DNA of 64,000 nt. Origin: an uncultured Acidobacteriota bacterium (GTDB lineage: Bacteria > Acidobacteriota > UBA6911). The notes beneath the pieces are model-generated. The model did not search any database. It was not told where the DNA came from and worked only from the letters and a program-made list of their open reading frames with translations. Shown one piece after another: positions 43,629 to 53,414 of this stretch; position 1 is the first letter of the stretch; each line of letters begins with the position of its first letter. The stretch is taken from NCBI GenBank assembly GCA_963809485.1, contig CAWEJX010000021.1, positions 1-64,000 on the forward strand, given 5' to 3'. Made by a program: the position numbers and the translations under genes.

Positions 43629-44385
43629 CCGGCGGCCGCGTAGCGGCCGATTGATTTTATGCCGGCCTTTTAAGGCCGGTTCTGGGTTGATTCGAGGAAT
43701 GCGCCGCGTCAGCGACGCTTGAATTCAACCGTCGCTGACGCGACGGAATCTTCTTCCCTCATTCTGATCCGGGCCTTGAAAGGCCCGGCAAAATTCATTT
43801 TGCCGCTACGCGGCAACGAAATTCCTTTTGCTTGACATAGACACCCATCCGGGAGCTTTTCTCCCAGGGATCGCATGCCCCAACAGACGGCACTTCTGAA
43901 CGGCTTGGCCTGTCAGGGTCGCACAACCATAGGCTCTGGATTTAGGCGTAGACTAATCGACCACTCCTGTAAAGCGTGGCATTGGCCTGCACCGTAAAGC
44001 GGAGCGAATCACATATCGGAAGGTTCCGCTGGGGCCTGGAGAATCAAAGCAATGATGAAGCCGGCGGCCGCGTAGCGGCCGACTGATTTTAGGCCGGCCT
44101 TTTAAGGCCGGCTCTGGGTTGATTCGAGGAATGCGTCGCGTCAGCGACGCTTGAATTCAACCGTCGCTGACGCGACGGAATCCTCTTCCCTCATTCTAAT
44201 CCGGGCCTTGAAAGGCCCGGCTAAATTCATTTTGCCGCTACGCGGCAACGAAATTCCTATCGCTTTACATACAAACCCATCCGGGAGCTTTTCTCCCAGG
44301 GATCGCATACCCCAACAGACGGCACGCCGGAACGTCATAGCCTGTTAGGGTCGCACGGCCATAGGCCGTGGGCTTAGGCGTACTA
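43629..44385. repeat. Tandem pair of ~325-bp units (period ~432 bp), each holding a ~185-bp nested palindrome
   Basis: Units start at 43629 and 44061 with ccggcggccgcgtagcggcc; same core family as inside the MITEs. Confidence 0.9.
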
Positions 44386-44469
44386 AGCTATAACTGGATA
44401 TTCCCCTACCGGCCGGCTACCGGAGAGCCGCCCTCACGAAAACAGACTTTATGGGAATTCCACCGAAAG

Positions 44470-47400
44470 CTAAGGGAGCAGGCTGAAAACGGGCGTAAGC
44501 CGCTCCGCGGTCGATGGACCGCCGTGTGTGAATCCGGAGCCGTCCGAGGCGAGCCGGAATCCGTGATCGCCATAGATCAGCACCGGCCGGCCGGGATCGA
44601 GCCGCTCGATTATTTTGCGGAAGGCCACCTCAAGTTCCGCCCGAACGAGCTTTTTCAGGTCCGCAAAACTGAGCTTGCGCTCATGGATCAGGCTGTCCAC
44701 GGCATCGATCTTTTCGAAAGGCTTCGTCAGATCCCCCCCGATCAGTCCCAGATAGAATGCTTCGGTCGACGTTTGCCGGGAAACGGCCGCGTACTCTACC
44801 GAACTCAACTTCCAGCCGGGAAAACAATCAGGCAGGATGGACCGGACGGTCCCGGTCAGCGGGATCCCGAGACAATCCACCACGATCCATTGAAAATCCA
44901 TTCGCGACTGAAGCACGTGTACAAGATCGTCGGGAGCCTTTCCCAACTTGATCGTGGCCAGTTTATCCAGGTGGGGCAGCCAGAGTTGCTGGCGAAGCTT
45001 CAGAAAACGGCCGGATTGTTCGTAAAGGCAGGCAAGCAGTCCGGCAAGCTCCTCCGCGCTGCCGGGTTGACTGGGCTCCAGCAGGTCCAGCGCCGCGGCG
45101 ACAGCACCGGATGACGGCCTCGGCGCGGGCGCGCGCAGCAACCCGCTCAGAAGCATTTCCAATATCCTAAGGATCGCCGGCTCGCCCAGTTCCATGTTCT
45201 CAATATTGAGCAGGCTCTGCTCGCTGACCCACTGCGGCTGGATCAGCCGCGGAATGATTGAACGCTCGGCAGAAGAAAGGCCCTTGGGCAGAGGGCATCC
45301 CTGCCGCAGAGCCTGTTCACAGCACCAGGAGGCAAGGTCTTCGCGCTCGGGCGTCTCCTCGAACCGGAAAGAGATGCGGGGCCCGTAGCGGTCCAGGAAT
45401 TGATCCAGTGCCCGCATCAGGGCCGGCTTTTCCCAGACGCGCTGGTTCAGAAGGTCTATTAGCGGCCTGGCTTCAACAGGGTGGACCAGATCGAGGCCTG
45501 AAAAATGCTGGTCGAACAAGGCCAGGTTTTCCACCTCGGGATATTCGGCCTTGCCTTCAAGGTACGAGAGTGTCCGCGTATTCATCTCCAGACCCTGATC
45601 CTCCCAGTCTTTTACCTTGACCTTGACCGGGTCCTGCTGAAAGAAGAGCGTCAGCTCTCTTTCCAGGCTGCCGGCGGCGTCTTCAAACCGGCTCAGAATG
45701 GGCTGCAGGGGATTGTTGACTCCGTCGAACCCGCACCGGCAGACCGGCTGGAAATCCAGAGGCGCCAGGCCGGAGCATCGCGCGGCCCTGGCTTCGGAAA
45801 CAGCGGATTCAAGCATTCGTACAGTGCCGCCGGCTCCCAGATGGCGGCTGCGCGCGACCATAGGGATTTTATAGGTCCAAATTGGATGGGCATTCAGGCG
45901 TTTCCACATTTGATCGTGCTGGGCCTGGTACCACTCCCGGTAGTCCTGGTAAAAGGTCTGAGCGTTGTGCAGCCAGGATTCCAGCGCTTCGGGCTGCGCC
46001 AGGGAAGGAGGCGGGCCGAGGGATTCGGCGCGGGCGGCTATTTGAGGATTGGGACATTCCGAAACCGCGGGATAGCCGAAAAGATGGCGGTAGCGCCGGG
46101 TCTCCCTCAAAAGCCTCTCGAACCGGGCGGGCATCGACGCCAGCTCGTTGGCTTCGGCAATAAAGCGGGCCGGCGAGCCGATCTCAAAAAGAAAATGCTG
46201 GAATCCCTGAAGCTCGTGTTCCCCTTTCTCCAGGGCCAGCCACTGCGAAATCAGCTTTTCTATCTGGGCGACCAGCTCTTCCGCCTCGCCCTGTGTTCTC
46301 AGCCCTGCGGCAAAATCGCCCAGCTGGTCGCGGTTTTTGGCGCCAATCCTGCGCAGCTGCTCCAGGGCTCTTTTTTGCGCCAGGACGCTCCACTGGCGGG
46401 GGACCGGGATGCGGAATCCCTCGCACAGAGACTGCAGATCGCGCAGCTGGGATAAATTCAGTGCGCGCCCGGGGAGAATTTTGTCGTACTGCAAGGGAAA
46501 AATCAGGGTCTCGTAGGTCTCGCGGTACGAGTGCTCTCCCTTGACGATATCGATCTCCCCCTGGATCAGAAGCAGGATCAGCAGGAGGTGGATCTGATCG
46601 GGCGTGAGTCCGTAGACCGGGGCGCTGAGGTGCTGGTAGACACGTTCGGGAGTGGGCTGATGGTCCAGAAGCGGCGTAAGCAAACGGACCAGGTCGTGAT
46701 TATCAAGCTTCTGGTTCACGTGGTATTCGGATCCCCTTCGCTGCATGAGTCCCATGGGAACCAGATAGGCTTCGCGGATCAGCTTTACATAATCCGGAGC
46801 CGCCTCGGCGCCAAGATCTTGTTCGGAGGCGAACTTCATGAACTGACGGTATGCCTCCTTGGGAAGCGGGCCGTGGACGGGGGCGAACTGTTCGAAGAGC
46901 GGGTATATCTGGCGCAGGATCCACTCTCCGCAGGTATTGAGCCATGCCGCATGGTTGCCCTGCATGGAATGGAGCGGCGGGATGACTTTCGTATCCGACG
47001 GATCGTAAAAGCCGGCGTTGTTGTAGGCGTCGCGAACCAGGGAGTGAAACCAAGAGCTTCTTGAAGCGATGCGCTCCGTGACGCGGGTCAAAACGCGGGC
47101 GGGCAGCGGACGCTCCTTCAGGTCCAGGAGGGCCGACAGCTCCAGGATCTCCGGGTTAAGCTCGATCGGTCTCGGAAGGATTTTGTAACAGTGTGTACCA
47201 GCAGCGGGCGCTCCCCACGGAAGGCCGATCTGGAGCGCCAGCCCTTCCGCCGGCTCGTTCGGAATGCCCTCTCCAAGATAAACCCTCAGGTCCCAGTCAT
47301 GGAAATGCCAGCGCACCTTGCGGATGAGCCACCGTTCCCTGGGCAGCGTGAAAGGGTTGAAGTCGGATTGCTCGAGCAGTGAAATCAAATTTTCAAAAAC

Positions 47401-48762
47401 GAAGCTGCCGCGGTCCTTCAGCTCGTCGACGGTCCTGGAAAGCAGCTGCTCGAGGTGCTCTTTGCTGTCGTCCTCCAAATCCAGGCGATAGCGGGAATCC
47501 CTGGACTTGATGAAGGCGCCCTGCGAGCACATGGCATCCAAAACTTTGCCTATGATTTCGCGGTTGCGCGCGGGGTCGACGCTGGACACTTTGAAGAGCA
47601 GCCACTGGGCGGCCTCGTCCGCGCCGAGCGACGTGCGCCGGGGAGAAAGGTGAACGAGGATCAGCAGCTTGAGCAGGCGCCATGAGAGTTCCTGCCTCTG
47701 CTTGTTCGGAAACAGCTCGGGCATGTGTTTTCGGAAGTACGGAAGAACCTTCTGGGCAATTGCCAGAAATTCCGGCTGCACCTCGAAAAGGTCGGCAAAA
47801 TGATCGACGATGGCGTCGGGAGTGATGAGGTGGCCCCAGGGCTGATCAAGAAATGGGGGTATGCTGCGCGCCTCGTTCCCGAGGAGCTGGGTCAGGGCGA
47901 AATCGACAATCCCGCGAGCTTGCGAAAAACGGTCCCGGACTTCCTCCAGCAGCTCGAGCGTGGCCGGGTGAATAGGGTAGATCTCGCAGAAGAGGCCGTA
48001 ATCCAGGGACTTCTTCGGGTACACCTCGCCGAGTTCCGCAGCCAGCTTTTCCACAGCCTGAAGGTATGAGGGCTTTTTCCTCAGAATGCGTTCGGCGATC
48101 AGGTCTTTGACGTGCGCGGGAGTGAGCAGGAACCGTACGGGGTACCGGTCTTTGATTTTCCGGAACAGATCGTACTCGATCTCTCCGGTATGCTCGATCT
48201 GCTCCTGCATGGCTGCGAGAATCCACAGCGGATGGTCCTGGGCCCACTCGCCCATGAACTGCAAATACCGAAGATCCTCGTTGAAGCTCTGGGCGGTGGG
48301 TTTGGAGCGCAGGAATTCGGAGAGTTCGTCCAGGATCAGGACCACTCCTCTGGGATATTGATTCTCCAGTCGAAGCCATTTCTTCCTGCGATCGCCCGGA
48401 TCCGGCGAAAGGGACAACGTTTCATCCAGTATGGATTCGAGGGATTGGGAGGCTTTGAAATTCAGGAGCGATACCGGCAGAACGGTCAAGCCTCTGTTGC
48501 CGAAGGCGCCCTCGCGAACCTGCTGGGTCAGATATGCCAGGAAATGGGATTTCCCCGAGCCGTAGTGGCCGATCAAAAACGCGCCGCAGCCTGTTTCTTT
48601 GGCAAGCAGCGCTCTAAGGGCTTTGAAATGCCGGCCGGTCTCCTCGGTTACGTAATAGCTGGAGCTGATCCAACCGGTATCTGCGGACTGCAGATGATCG
48701 AGCCTGACGACGGTGGGCTGGGCGGCAACCTCGACATGGTCACGGATTTTCAATGGATACAT
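44470..48762 (-). CDS. BrxC/DUF6079-like P-loop ATPase fused to a C-terminal PglZ-like alkaline-phosphatase-fold domain
   Basis: Walker A GHYGSGKS, Walker B LILDE, KIKDRY, YPIHP and a Cys cluster RC...VCRCGF; C-terminal VVDCLG...TST...DSLIH...GDHGF...HGGPSTAERLTP. Confidence 0.8.
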   Translation of the reverse strand: MYPLKIRDHVEVAAQPTVVRLDHLQSADTGWISSSYYVTEETGRHFKALRALLAKETGCGAFLIGHYGSGKSHFLAYLTQQVREGAFGNRGLTVLPVSLLNFKASQSLESILDETLSLSPDPGDRRKKWLRLENQYPRGVVLILDELSEFLRSKPTAQSFNEDLRYLQFMGEWAQDHPLWILAAMQEQIEHTGEIEYDLFRKIKDRYPVRFLLTPAHVKDLIAERILRKKPSYLQAVEKLAAELGEVYPKKSLDYGLFCEIYPIHPATLELLEEVRDRFSQARGIVDFALTQLLGNEARSIPPFLDQPWGHLITPDAIVDHFADLFEVQPEFLAIAQKVLPYFRKHMPELFPNKQRQELSWRLLKLLILVHLSPRRTSLGADEAAQWLLFKVSSVDPARNREIIGKVLDAMCSQGAFIKSRDSRYRLDLEDDSKEHLEQLLSRTVDELKDRGSFVFENLISLLEQSDFNPFTLPRERWLIRKVRWHFHDWDLRVYLGEGIPNEPAEGLALQIGLPWGAPAAGTHCYKILPRPIELNPEILELSALLDLKERPLPARVLTRVTERIASRSSWFHSLVRDAYNNAGFYDPSDTKVIPPLHSMQGNHAAWLNTCGEWILRQIYPLFEQFAPVHGPLPKEAYRQFMKFASEQDLGAEAAPDYVKLIREAYLVPMGLMQRRGSEYHVNQKLDNHDLVRLLTPLLDHQPTPERVYQHLSAPVYGLTPDQIHLLLILLLIQGEIDIVKGEHSYRETYETLIFPLQYDKILPGRALNLSQLRDLQSLCEGFRIPVPRQWSVLAQKRALEQLRRIGAKNRDQLGDFAAGLRTQGEAEELVAQIEKLISQWLALEKGEHELQGFQHFLFEIGSPARFIAEANELASMPARFERLLRETRRYRHLFGYPAVSECPNPQIAARAESLGPPPSLAQPEALESWLHNAQTFYQDYREWYQAQHDQMWKRLNAHPIWTYKIPMVARSRHLGAGGTVRMLESAVSEARAARCSGLAPLDFQPVCRCGFDGVNNPLQPILSRFEDAAGSLERELTLFFQQDPVKVKVKDWEDQGLEMNTRTLSYLEGKAEYPEVENLALFDQHFSGLDLVHPVEARPLIDLLNQRVWEKPALMRALDQFLDRYGPRISFRFEETPEREDLASWCCEQALRQGCPLPKGLSSAERSIIPRLIQPQWVSEQSLLNIENMELGEPAILRILEMLLSGLLRAPAPRPSSGAVAAALDLLEPSQPGSAEELAGLLACLYEQSGRFLKLRQQLWLPHLDKLATIKLGKAPDDLVHVLQSRMDFQWIVVDCLGIPLTGTVRSILPDCFPGWKLSSVEYAAVSRQTSTEAFYLGLIGGDLTKPFEKIDAVDSLIHERKLSFADLKKLVRAELEVAFRKIIERLDPGRPVLIYGDHGFRLASDGSGFTHGGPSTAERLTPVFSLLP

Positions 48763-48856
48763 CCCCTAAGCCAGTTTCCCTATCGTATCACAACCGGGGG
48801 ATTGCGTAGCCTGTCCTCCTATTGTATGGCAAAATACCTGCAATCGGGGGTCGGGC

Positions 48857-49816
48857 GTGGTCAAAGCGGTGGTAGATACGCTTCAGCGCAACATGAAGCA
48901 GGCCCTGGCCGGCGGGGATCTGAAGGAAGCCGAATCGATACTGGCGCGCCTGAAAAAGGAGGACCCGCTCAGCGCGGCCACACGCGGATTAGAGCTGGAG
49001 TTTTACCTGAATTCGGAGCGTTTCGCGGAAGCCGATGCGCTTGCGGGGCAGCTTTGCCGGCTGTTTCCCGATTCGGCGCGAATCATGTTTTTGGCAGGCA
49101 AGCTGGCGTATCGACGGAAACGCTACGAAGAAGCGGAAGGCCGCTTCCGAGAGAGTCTGCGGCTTTATGCCGGCCCTCAGACGCAGCAGTGGCTGGGCAA
49201 AACGCTGACTCAGGAGGGCAAGTACGACGAAGCTGAATCCCTGTTGCACCTGGTGAAAGAACACAATCGGCACGCCTTGCTGGATCTTGCCTGGCTTTAT
49301 GAGAGAAAGAACGACCTGGAAGCAGCTTTGAAAGCGCTGGATGAATTTCTCGCCGGGAATCCGGGCAACAGCTATGCGGAGGAGCAACGCTCGCGGATAC
49401 GGGCCAAGAGGCTGGAGCCGGAGGAGCTTGTGAGCGAAATGGGCGCTCTTGCAGGCCTGGGAGAAGAAGTGCCTGCCGCGCTTTTCCCGGAGTTTGTCCA
49501 GAGGCTATTCGAGACCGGCCAAAGCCCGAAGGCGCGCGAGGAAATCATGGAGCGAATTCGCTCCATGGATGCCAGAACGGGCGTGCGCGTCGCATGGGTT
49601 TGTTATCAGGCCCGGGCTTACGACCTGGCATGCACGCTTTTTCTTGCGCATCTGGGAGCCAATAAATCCAACATCAAGTATCTGGCGGCGATGGAAGCAG
49701 CCGCCGACAAATGCAGCCGCCTCCCCGAGGTGGTGGATGCGTATCGAAAATTGTTTCCTCAGACCGGCCAGTTTTACGGGCGGTTGCGCTCGCTGACGCG
49801 CCGCGGAAAAATCTGA
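48857..49816 (+). CDS. Cytoplasmic tetratricopeptide repeat protein
   Basis: TPR helices (AGKLAYRRKRYEEA, LGKTLTQEGKYDEA, LAWLYERKNDLEAA); no signal peptide; divergent from the ATPase gene across 94 bp. Confidence 0.85.
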   Translation: MVKAVVDTLQRNMKQALAGGDLKEAESILARLKKEDPLSAATRGLELEFYLNSERFAEADALAGQLCRLFPDSARIMFLAGKLAYRRKRYEEAEGRFRESLRLYAGPQTQQWLGKTLTQEGKYDEAESLLHLVKEHNRHALLDLAWLYERKNDLEAALKALDEFLAGNPGNSYAEEQRSRIRAKRLEPEELVSEMGALAGLGEEVPAALFPEFVQRLFETGQSPKAREEIMERIRSMDARTGVRVAWVCYQARAYDLACTLFLAHLGANKSNIKYLAAMEAAADKCSRLPEVVDAYRKLFPQTGQFYGRLRSLTRRGKI

Positions 49817-49912
49817 AAGGCGTTTGGGCCGGCTGCAGACGTTTTGCCCTTGAAATAAAGCCCGGAAGACCGCAAAATTAGTGGCCTGTTGAATACATCT
49901 GCATGAACCAGT

Positions 49913-49989
49913 GGCGACGTAGCTCAGTCGGTTAGAGCGTGGGATTCATAACCCCAAGGTCGGTGGTTCGATTCCACCCGTCGCTACCA
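49913..49989 (+). tRNA. tRNA with CAT anticodon, most likely elongator tRNA-Met
   Basis: Acceptor stem GGCGACG/CGTCGCT, D arm TAGCTCAGTCGGTTAGAGC, anticodon loop TTCATAA, GGTTCGATTCC, encoded CCA. Confidence 0.95.
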
Positions 49990-50406
49990 ACCTTCCAAGG
50001 TCTATTCCGGACACATGGGTAACATTTTACAGCAGTACTCTGTCGCCGAATTTGAATCTTATATGCTCTTCGTTTATCGTTCGGCGACTGCCTCATAGCC
50101 GCTCCCTCCCGCCACGATGAGTAAATCCTGCTAGAGTGCCCGTTTTTTATCGGATGATTGCCCACAACCCGTCTTCACACAAAAGAAATGCGTCGAAAGA
50201 CATCACTGAAGAAATCCCGTGACCGTATCGTAATCGTAATGTCAACGCATATTTCCATATAATCGCCGCATCGTTGCATAAATACTAAAAAGAAGCCAGA
50301 TAGGGGCATGAGGGCCTTTCTCCAAGCAGATTGACCGTACAGTGGTATAAGATGGCTCGAGAGCGGAAGACCCCTAGGAAAGATAGAGGAAGACTGTGGA
50401 GGCAAA

Positions 50407-51570
50407 ATGAGCGGCTACCACAAGCGTGACTGGGAACCATTTCCAATGTATGCAATCAAAAGAGCTGATCGTCCAACCACTGATATTTATGAAGATCAAA
50501 TCCATAAAACCCGTGAAAACGCGCATGGATTTAACCGGGCGCTGAACGGAGACTTTGGACCTTTCATCCAGAAGGAAAGGAAAAGATTTGCGACAAAACA
50601 CCCTCTTTCGGCAGCTCTTGTATCCATCCAGAACACTCTGCGGAAAACAGTAGATGGTGCTATCGCCGACCAAAAGGCGCCAATCACGTCGGATCCCGCG
50701 CTTATTGCACGTCACATTAAGGAGACCGCTTATTTCCTGCGGGCTGATGCGGTTGGCATCTGCAAACTGCCTCCCTATGCGATCTATTCCCATTCTGCAG
50801 CCACAGGGGAACCAATAGAGCTCAATCACCAGTTTGCCATAGCGATTCTGGTGGATCAGGATTCGAGAACTGCCCAAGCAACCTCCGGCAATGATTGGGT
50901 CAGCAATTCCATGAGTTTCGTTGCATATTCCGCTTCAGGTTTCATTGCCTGCATTCTCGCCGACTACATTCGAAGACTTGGTTATCCGGCGCGGGCTCAT
51001 CATGCACTGAGCTATCAAGTTATTGTGCCGCCCATTCTTTTGTGGGCCGGGCTTGGTGAGGTCAGCCGGATGAGCGAATGTGTTGTCCATCCATTTATGG
51101 GTCCAAGGTTCAAGGCTTCTATTGTAACTACGAATTTGCCCATGCTTTGCGATCGGCCAATCGATTTCGGGCTCCAGGACTTTTGCTCGAAATGCAAAAA
51201 ATGCGCGCGCCACTGTCCCTCCGGGGCACTGACCGATGGGAATAAAGTCATGTTTAACGGCTACCAACGCTGGCCATCGGACATGAGGAAATGTACATCC
51301 ATGCGGGTAGGAAATCAGAGAGGAGCCAGCTGCGGCACCTGTATGATTGTGTGTCCCTGGAACAAACCCTATACACCTCTGCATCGAGCGGCCGGATGGA
51401 CGGTTCGGCGCTCTTCTCTTGCGCGCACTCTTGCCGTCTGGCTTGATGATGCTTTGGGCTATGGACGTCCGGACCGTTTTAAAAAATGGTGGTGGGATCT
51501 TGAGGATGAGGCCGGAGATGGAATACTCAAAATTCCCGGTGAAAGGGAAAATGACTTTCTCTCTCTTTAG
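50407..51570 (+). CDS. Reductive dehalogenase family protein (cobalamin/Fe-S), no TAT leader
   Basis: IKETAYFLRADAVGIC, YIRRLGYPARAH, AGLGEVSR, GPRFK...VTTNLP, PIDFG, FCSKCKKCARHCP, CGTCMIVCPWNK. Confidence 0.85.
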   Translation: MSGYHKRDWEPFPMYAIKRADRPTTDIYEDQIHKTRENAHGFNRALNGDFGPFIQKERKRFATKHPLSAALVSIQNTLRKTVDGAIADQKAPITSDPALIARHIKETAYFLRADAVGICKLPPYAIYSHSAATGEPIELNHQFAIAILVDQDSRTAQATSGNDWVSNSMSFVAYSASGFIACILADYIRRLGYPARAHHALSYQVIVPPILLWAGLGEVSRMSECVVHPFMGPRFKASIVTTNLPMLCDRPIDFGLQDFCSKCKKCARHCPSGALTDGNKVMFNGYQRWPSDMRKCTSMRVGNQRGASCGTCMIVCPWNKPYTPLHRAAGWTVRRSSLARTLAVWLDDALGYGRPDRFKKWWWDLEDEAGDGILKIPGERENDFLSL

Positions 51571-51755
51571 CCGGTACCAAATGATAATGTCAATTACAGG
51601 GTGCGGCCTGGAAGCCAACAGATCCTGGCGGCACTTAAGGCTTAGCGCTAATGCCCGCAAGCGTTTTGAGCTGGTTGCTCGTCTGAATGGCTGGCGCATC
51701 CAGAACACAGCCCAATTCAGTTTGAGTATTGACAATGGAGATGGAGGAATGACCG

Positions 51756-52454
51756 ATGCCGCAGGAGAACTATGATCGCCTGTTGAACCTCGTGAAACAG
51801 CGTCGAACGGTTCGCAGATTCAAACCAGATCCTGTGCCGGAAGGGTGCATTGAGAAGATAATCGAAGTCGCGCGCTGGGCGCCTTCCGGGTTTCACACGC
51901 AACCCTGGGAGTTCGTGGTTGTGAAAAAGAAAGAGGTGAAGGAAGCTATAATTAAGGCTCTCGATAAATACGCCCCACCAATTGCGAAACCCGAATCCTC
52001 AGGACCAAGTATCAATATTTCGCGATCAAGCTTCCGGGATGCGCCGGTATTCATCATCGCTTTAACCGACTGGAGGGCCAAAGCAGGATTGCCCGGCCAT
52101 CCGAAAGAGATTAATCCGATGGTCTCGAGCGTCTATACCTCCAGCATGGCCAGCGCATTTCTATATCTGCACCTTGCAGCAACGTCTCTGGGTTTGGCCT
52201 CACAATGGTATACGGCCGCGTCACGCCCTGAGGCAGAACTAGAGATCAGAAATATCATTGGCTTTCCGGAAGCCTTGTCCATCTATGACATGATGGTCCT
52301 TAGCTACCCTGCCGCTCCGCCGAATCCGAAGAAATTAAGAAACCTTGCGGGAATGATCCATTATGACAATTGCGGCCCGCAGGATTTCCGTACCGACGAG
52401 CAGGTTCTCGTGGATGTTCAAAAGACCTGGGATTGGTGCATGTCCGAACACTAA
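51756..52454 (+). CDS. Nitroreductase family flavoprotein
   Basis: RRTVRRF, ARWAPSGFHTQPWEFVVV, LAATSLGL. Confidence 0.9.
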   Translation: MPQENYDRLLNLVKQRRTVRRFKPDPVPEGCIEKIIEVARWAPSGFHTQPWEFVVVKKKEVKEAIIKALDKYAPPIAKPESSGPSINISRSSFRDAPVFIIALTDWRAKAGLPGHPKEINPMVSSVYTSSMASAFLYLHLAATSLGLASQWYTAASRPEAELEIRNIIGFPEALSIYDMMVLSYPAAPPNPKKLRNLAGMIHYDNCGPQDFRTDEQVLVDVQKTWDWCMSEH

Positions 52455-52515
52455 ATCAATGCATAAAATTTTATCGAATCTGTCTTTTTCAAAAGCATAG
52501 TTTGAGGAGGAAGGA

Positions 52516-53157
52516 ATGAAGGTACTGGGAATTTCTGGAAGTCCCCGAAAAGATCAATCGACCGATCAACTGGTACAAGCAGTGTTGGCCGGTGTCGGTC
52601 TGGAAACTGAGTTCGTCTCCTTGGCGGGCAAGCGAATCGGTCCCTGCATCGCATGTCTTGGATGCGTTCAGGACAACATCTGCAAGGTAAAGGATGATAT
52701 ACAGGAACTGCGGCAAAAGATCGTCGAGGCAAACGCATATGTTATCGGCGGCGCAAATTATTTTTCTATGCTCAACGGTTTGACACACTGCTTCCTGGAA
52801 CGTTTCTATCAATTCCGCCATCAGGAAGGCAAGGCGGTGGCTGGAAAACTCGGTGTTGCCGTGGGGATAGGAGGTAGCTCAGGGGACCTGGTTGTAGAAA
52901 ACATCAAGACATTTTTCCAGTACAACCAGATTGAATGCATTGGCACAGTATCGGCTCAAGGTCCGGCATCGTGCTTTGTCTGTGGATACGGCGAGACCTG
53001 CAAAGTCGGGGCGATTCAGATGTTCTTCGGACCTGGAACAAAAATAACTCCGGAAATCACACCGAGTCTATCGAAGCAGCCGGCCAAGCTTACAGATGCC
53101 ATGACATTGGGAAATCTTCTCGGAAAGCGCTTGCGTGGTTTCGCCTCCGGCACATAA
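52516..53157 (+). CDS. Iron-sulfur flavoprotein / NADPH-dependent FMN reductase family
   Basis: GISGSPRK, CIACLGC...C, FLER, and an extra CFVCGYGETC motif. Confidence 0.85.
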   Translation: MKVLGISGSPRKDQSTDQLVQAVLAGVGLETEFVSLAGKRIGPCIACLGCVQDNICKVKDDIQELRQKIVEANAYVIGGANYFSMLNGLTHCFLERFYQFRHQEGKAVAGKLGVAVGIGGSSGDLVVENIKTFFQYNQIECIGTVSAQGPASCFVCGYGETCKVGAIQMFFGPGTKITPEITPSLSKQPAKLTDAMTLGNLLGKRLRGFASGT

Positions 53158-53414
53158 ACCGTCGACACGTGGTCTGTACATAATATCGATTGTTAGCCAC
53201 AAACATGCAGCAGGTTCAGACATCGCTGAAATACCGAAGATAATCGGCGCTTGCCGATACCGCGCAAGTGTTCAGTGGGATGAATTTGTGCAACCGATCA
53301 GATAGTCGGTCGTTCTTTGGAGGTGCTCTATGAAGCCAAATGCAGGCAATGTCGCCCGGGAAAAGTGAGTAAGCGCCACTAATCAAGAGAATGAGCTTTC
53401 GCCAAGTTTGACTA

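Noticed and set aside
43629-44385. CRISPR array
   Set aside because: Only two long palindromic units, no short repeat-spacer periodicity and no cas genes.
44470-49816. Complete canonical BREX system
   Set aside because: No pglX, brxP, brxA, brxB, brxL, brxF or helicase gene is nearby.
49913-49989. Initiator tRNA-fMet
   Set aside because: It has a G1-U72 pair and lacks the C1:A72 mismatch and the G29-G31/C39-C41 run of initiators. Ile2 cannot be fully excluded without a covariance-model search.
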